Below are positions 58,755-64,000 of a stretch of DNA of 64,000 bases, in pieces (position 1 is the stretch's first letter; each line of letters opens with the position of its first letter). Source of the stretch: the human T2T-CHM13v2.0 reference genome, Homo sapiens. The stretch lies in NCBI RefSeq assembly GCF_009914755.1, contig NC_060940.1. The stretch is one strand, 5' to 3'. A program made the translations under genes and the position numbers. The notes under the pieces were generated by a model. It did no database searches. It worked only from the letters and a program-made list of their open reading frames with translations, and was not told the origin of the DNA.

Positions 58755-60485
58755 GCTGTGTTACCAAGAAGTGTTTTATTTTTCTTGCAGTAGCTTTGTT
58801 AATTGCACAAAATCATGTTTTGTTTTTGCCATTTAAACATTATCACACAATCCTATTCTGAAAGACAAATGTTCATTAAAAACAAAGCAAAAATAAAAAT
58901 TCACAACCTTAATTACCTAGATTTGTCATTTAAAGGTTTAAAGAAAAAAGGGAGGGGCTTTCTTACAAGCTTTTTCACAAGTGTCACATTTTCTCCTTAA
59001 AAGGGAAGGATTTCAAAAGAAAGGTGAAATAGCTTAAACAGAAATATTCATAAAAAGGAACTTTACAGAATTGTCAACAATATTAAGACAAAATTGACTA
59101 ACCGGTTTCATTACCGCATCTTCCCCCGCCCCCACCCCCAGTGTGTTCCGCCAGGACTAGAACAGGCTTTGTGTTCAGACAGAAATGCTTCAAAATCCCA
59201 GTGAAATGAACTGTGCTAAAAACCCGACAGGCATCTTCCCTGCCCTCCCCCCACTCGTCTTCTGCAATCCTCTAACCCAGTTTCTAATCTCTGAAAGGGG
59301 CCAAAGCTGTGAGGGGGGAAGGACCCCGCCCTAGTGTGGCCACCCTATATATAATTACATATTGCATCATAAATGCTGGCCTTCCTTCTGCAAATTATGA
59401 TTTTGGAAAATCCAACCCATGCAGAGGGATAAAAAACTGACATCCCTTGGGTAACTTTTTTTTTTGCAACATTCCAAGCCCCCCCCGGTCCCCTATCCAA
59501 GGACAAATGTAGGGCCTCTAGGATGTCCCAGACCCACCTCGGAGGGCCAGTCAGTTCAGGTAGGTCAGGCCCAGTTCTCTTCCCTCCCGACAGACCCCGG
59601 GCCCGGGAAGCACCGAAGACCATGATGCTGGCTGGAGTGAAGACACTCGTTTCCGTATCAAGAGCTGAGCCTAAGAAATGCTCATCGTTGGTCAGGCTGG
59701 GTCTGGGCCAAAGGGACAGACAGAAAGAAATACTGTCTCCACGGGAGGAAGAGGGAGAGGAGGGAGGATGGAGAGCGGTGGGCATGCAGGGGACTTGGCA
59801 GGGCAGGGTGGAGAAGGTGGGACCACTGGGAGGGGACCGAGGTAAGAGTGGCTCTTCAGAGCCAGGTGAAGAGTCTGTGGCCTAACGGAAACAGAAAGGA
59901 GCGCCCCCAACCCCCACTCCTCTTGGCTCATCACTAGTGGCCCTGAGGACTCCCTCCCAAGGGATGGAATGCAAATCCAAATACTAAAACAGCCTAGGGA
60001 GGAGCGAGCGCCCGCTGTGGCAGTGGCATCTGGGGCATGGCTTCGAGGCGGTGAGGGCCGGGCCTCCATGCTCACCTGCAGGCCGGCTGCTTGCTGCACT
60101 CCCTGGAAAGCCAGGGCCCCATCTTCTCGGGACTCTGCCAGTCTCTTTTCAGTTCACAAAGGCGTCTATGGAGCGCTGGGTGCACACTGGACGCTTAGAC
60201 GTGAACATCTTTCTCAGCTCATCACCTGAGGTTGGAGGGCCCCAAGGGCCCCTCTGTCTGGAGTCTGTACTGGCTCATCTGGGCCCAAGGCCTCTCCTTG
60301 TAGGGAATCCAGTGGGGGATGGGGACATGACTACAGCCTCTTCGCTCTGGGGGAAGCTGTGGGAAGGCTTCCAACTCTCGTTGCTGATTCTAGTTCCTTG
60401 ACTGGAAGGGGTTTGAGATAAGACAAGCTCGGAAGAAAAAAAGCCAGGCAGCAGTTTCTGGGCAGCTTCTATCCTGGGGCGAGAG

Positions 60486-60529
<44 letters not shown>

Positions 60530-60791
60530 CACACAGCCACCTCGTCCGGGGGGCCAGTGCCCAGCTCAAGAGCTTTCCCACACGCCAATCCTGCTGACAC
60601 TTGTCCCCTCCCCACCGGCCTCAGGGGAAGGGTGCTGCTGTGTGCTGTGCTGATGGCAAGTCTCAAAGTCTGTATAAAAGGAAATGGAGATAGGTGGGCT
60701 GGTCCAGAATGAACTCCCAGGCCCCCGACCCCATGTGAGGAAGAGGGGGTCAGAGGGGGGATTGGAGGGGTGAGGGCGGGGTGTCGACAGC
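58755..60791 (-). other. GLYR1: GLYR1 3'UTR (about 2 kb) with AATAAA at 58780-58775
   Basis: Interspersed-repeat-free sequence after the stop, AT-rich end, canonical signal. Confidence 0.8.
60488..60527 (+). repeat. (TG)20 microsatellite in the GLYR1 3'UTR
   Basis: Direct reading. Confidence 0.95.
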
Positions 60792-60866
60792 TTAGTGTAT
60801 GTAGGCTCGGTACACGGCGGACATATCGTTGTCGGACTGGTCCAGCGCCTTGGCTCTTTTGTACAC
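60792..60866 (-). CDS. GLYR1: GLYR1 (NPAC, cytokine-like nuclear factor) last coding exon; rest of the gene lies beyond the window end
   Basis: tcttttttttccag|[24 protein letters not shown]; C-terminus typical of the 3-hydroxyisobutyrate-dehydrogenase-like domain; synteny with ROGDI. Confidence 0.9.
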   Translation of the reverse strand: MYKRAKALDQSDNDMSAVYRAYIH

Positions 60867-61130
60867 CTGGAAAAAAAAGAGATGGCTCAGTCTCTGGCCC
60901 CAGAGCTGCCTTCAAGACCTAGACCTGATTCCTGGAGGCAGTGGTGGATGTGGCCAGCAGGCAGTGCTGGAGCCCAGGCTGTCCGGTTAGGAATCCTGTG
61001 TTGACCTTGCATGAAGCACCTCCGTTTCTCTGGACCTCAGCCACTGTGCTTCTTGCTCTGGGAGAAGGAACAGTACCCGGGGGATCTTGTGAGAATGAAA
61101 TACACTATGGGATATAAAACATTCAGCATT

Positions 61131-64000
<2,870 letters not shown>

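Noticed and set aside
56883-58861. Multiple 130-250 aa ORFs on both strands
   Set aside because: Expected from stop-codon scarcity in the ROGDI CpG island

Overview
Human (primate) genomic DNA, GC-rich and very Alu-dense, recognisable from protein sequence and gene order as the 16p13.3 block DNAAF8(C16orf71)-ZNF500-SEPTIN12-SMIM22-ROGDI-GLYR1. I reconstructed exon-intron structures by hand from GT-AG sites and reading-frame continuity: the 3' part of DNAAF8 (+; 4 coding exons and a 3'UTR exon), complete ZNF500 (-; 480 aa, SCAN, decayed KRAB-A, 5 C2H2 fingers), complete SEPTIN12 (-; 358 aa), SMIM22 microprotein (+; 83 aa), complete ROGDI (-; 287 aa) and the last exon and 3'UTR of GLYR1 (-). 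The rest is mostly Alu, with L1/L2/MIR fragments, MaLR LTRs, MER DNA-transposon relics and a 5'-truncated SVA. Most entries in the ORF track are Alu-derived or shadow ORFs. I cannot support a wholly new biological system here. The best second-look items are: the SEPTIN12 c.474A allele that creates a cryptic donor; a tandem-duplicated splice donor and an in-frame, stop-free intron in SMIM22; an orphan ZNF143/NRF1/ETS CpG-rich promoter at about 24.3 kb; a 166-nt inverted Alu-to-Alu copy; an AluYa5/AluS chimera with no TSD; the SVA; and the traceable decay of the ZNF500 KRAB exon. Repeat family names and boundaries are by eye and approximate.
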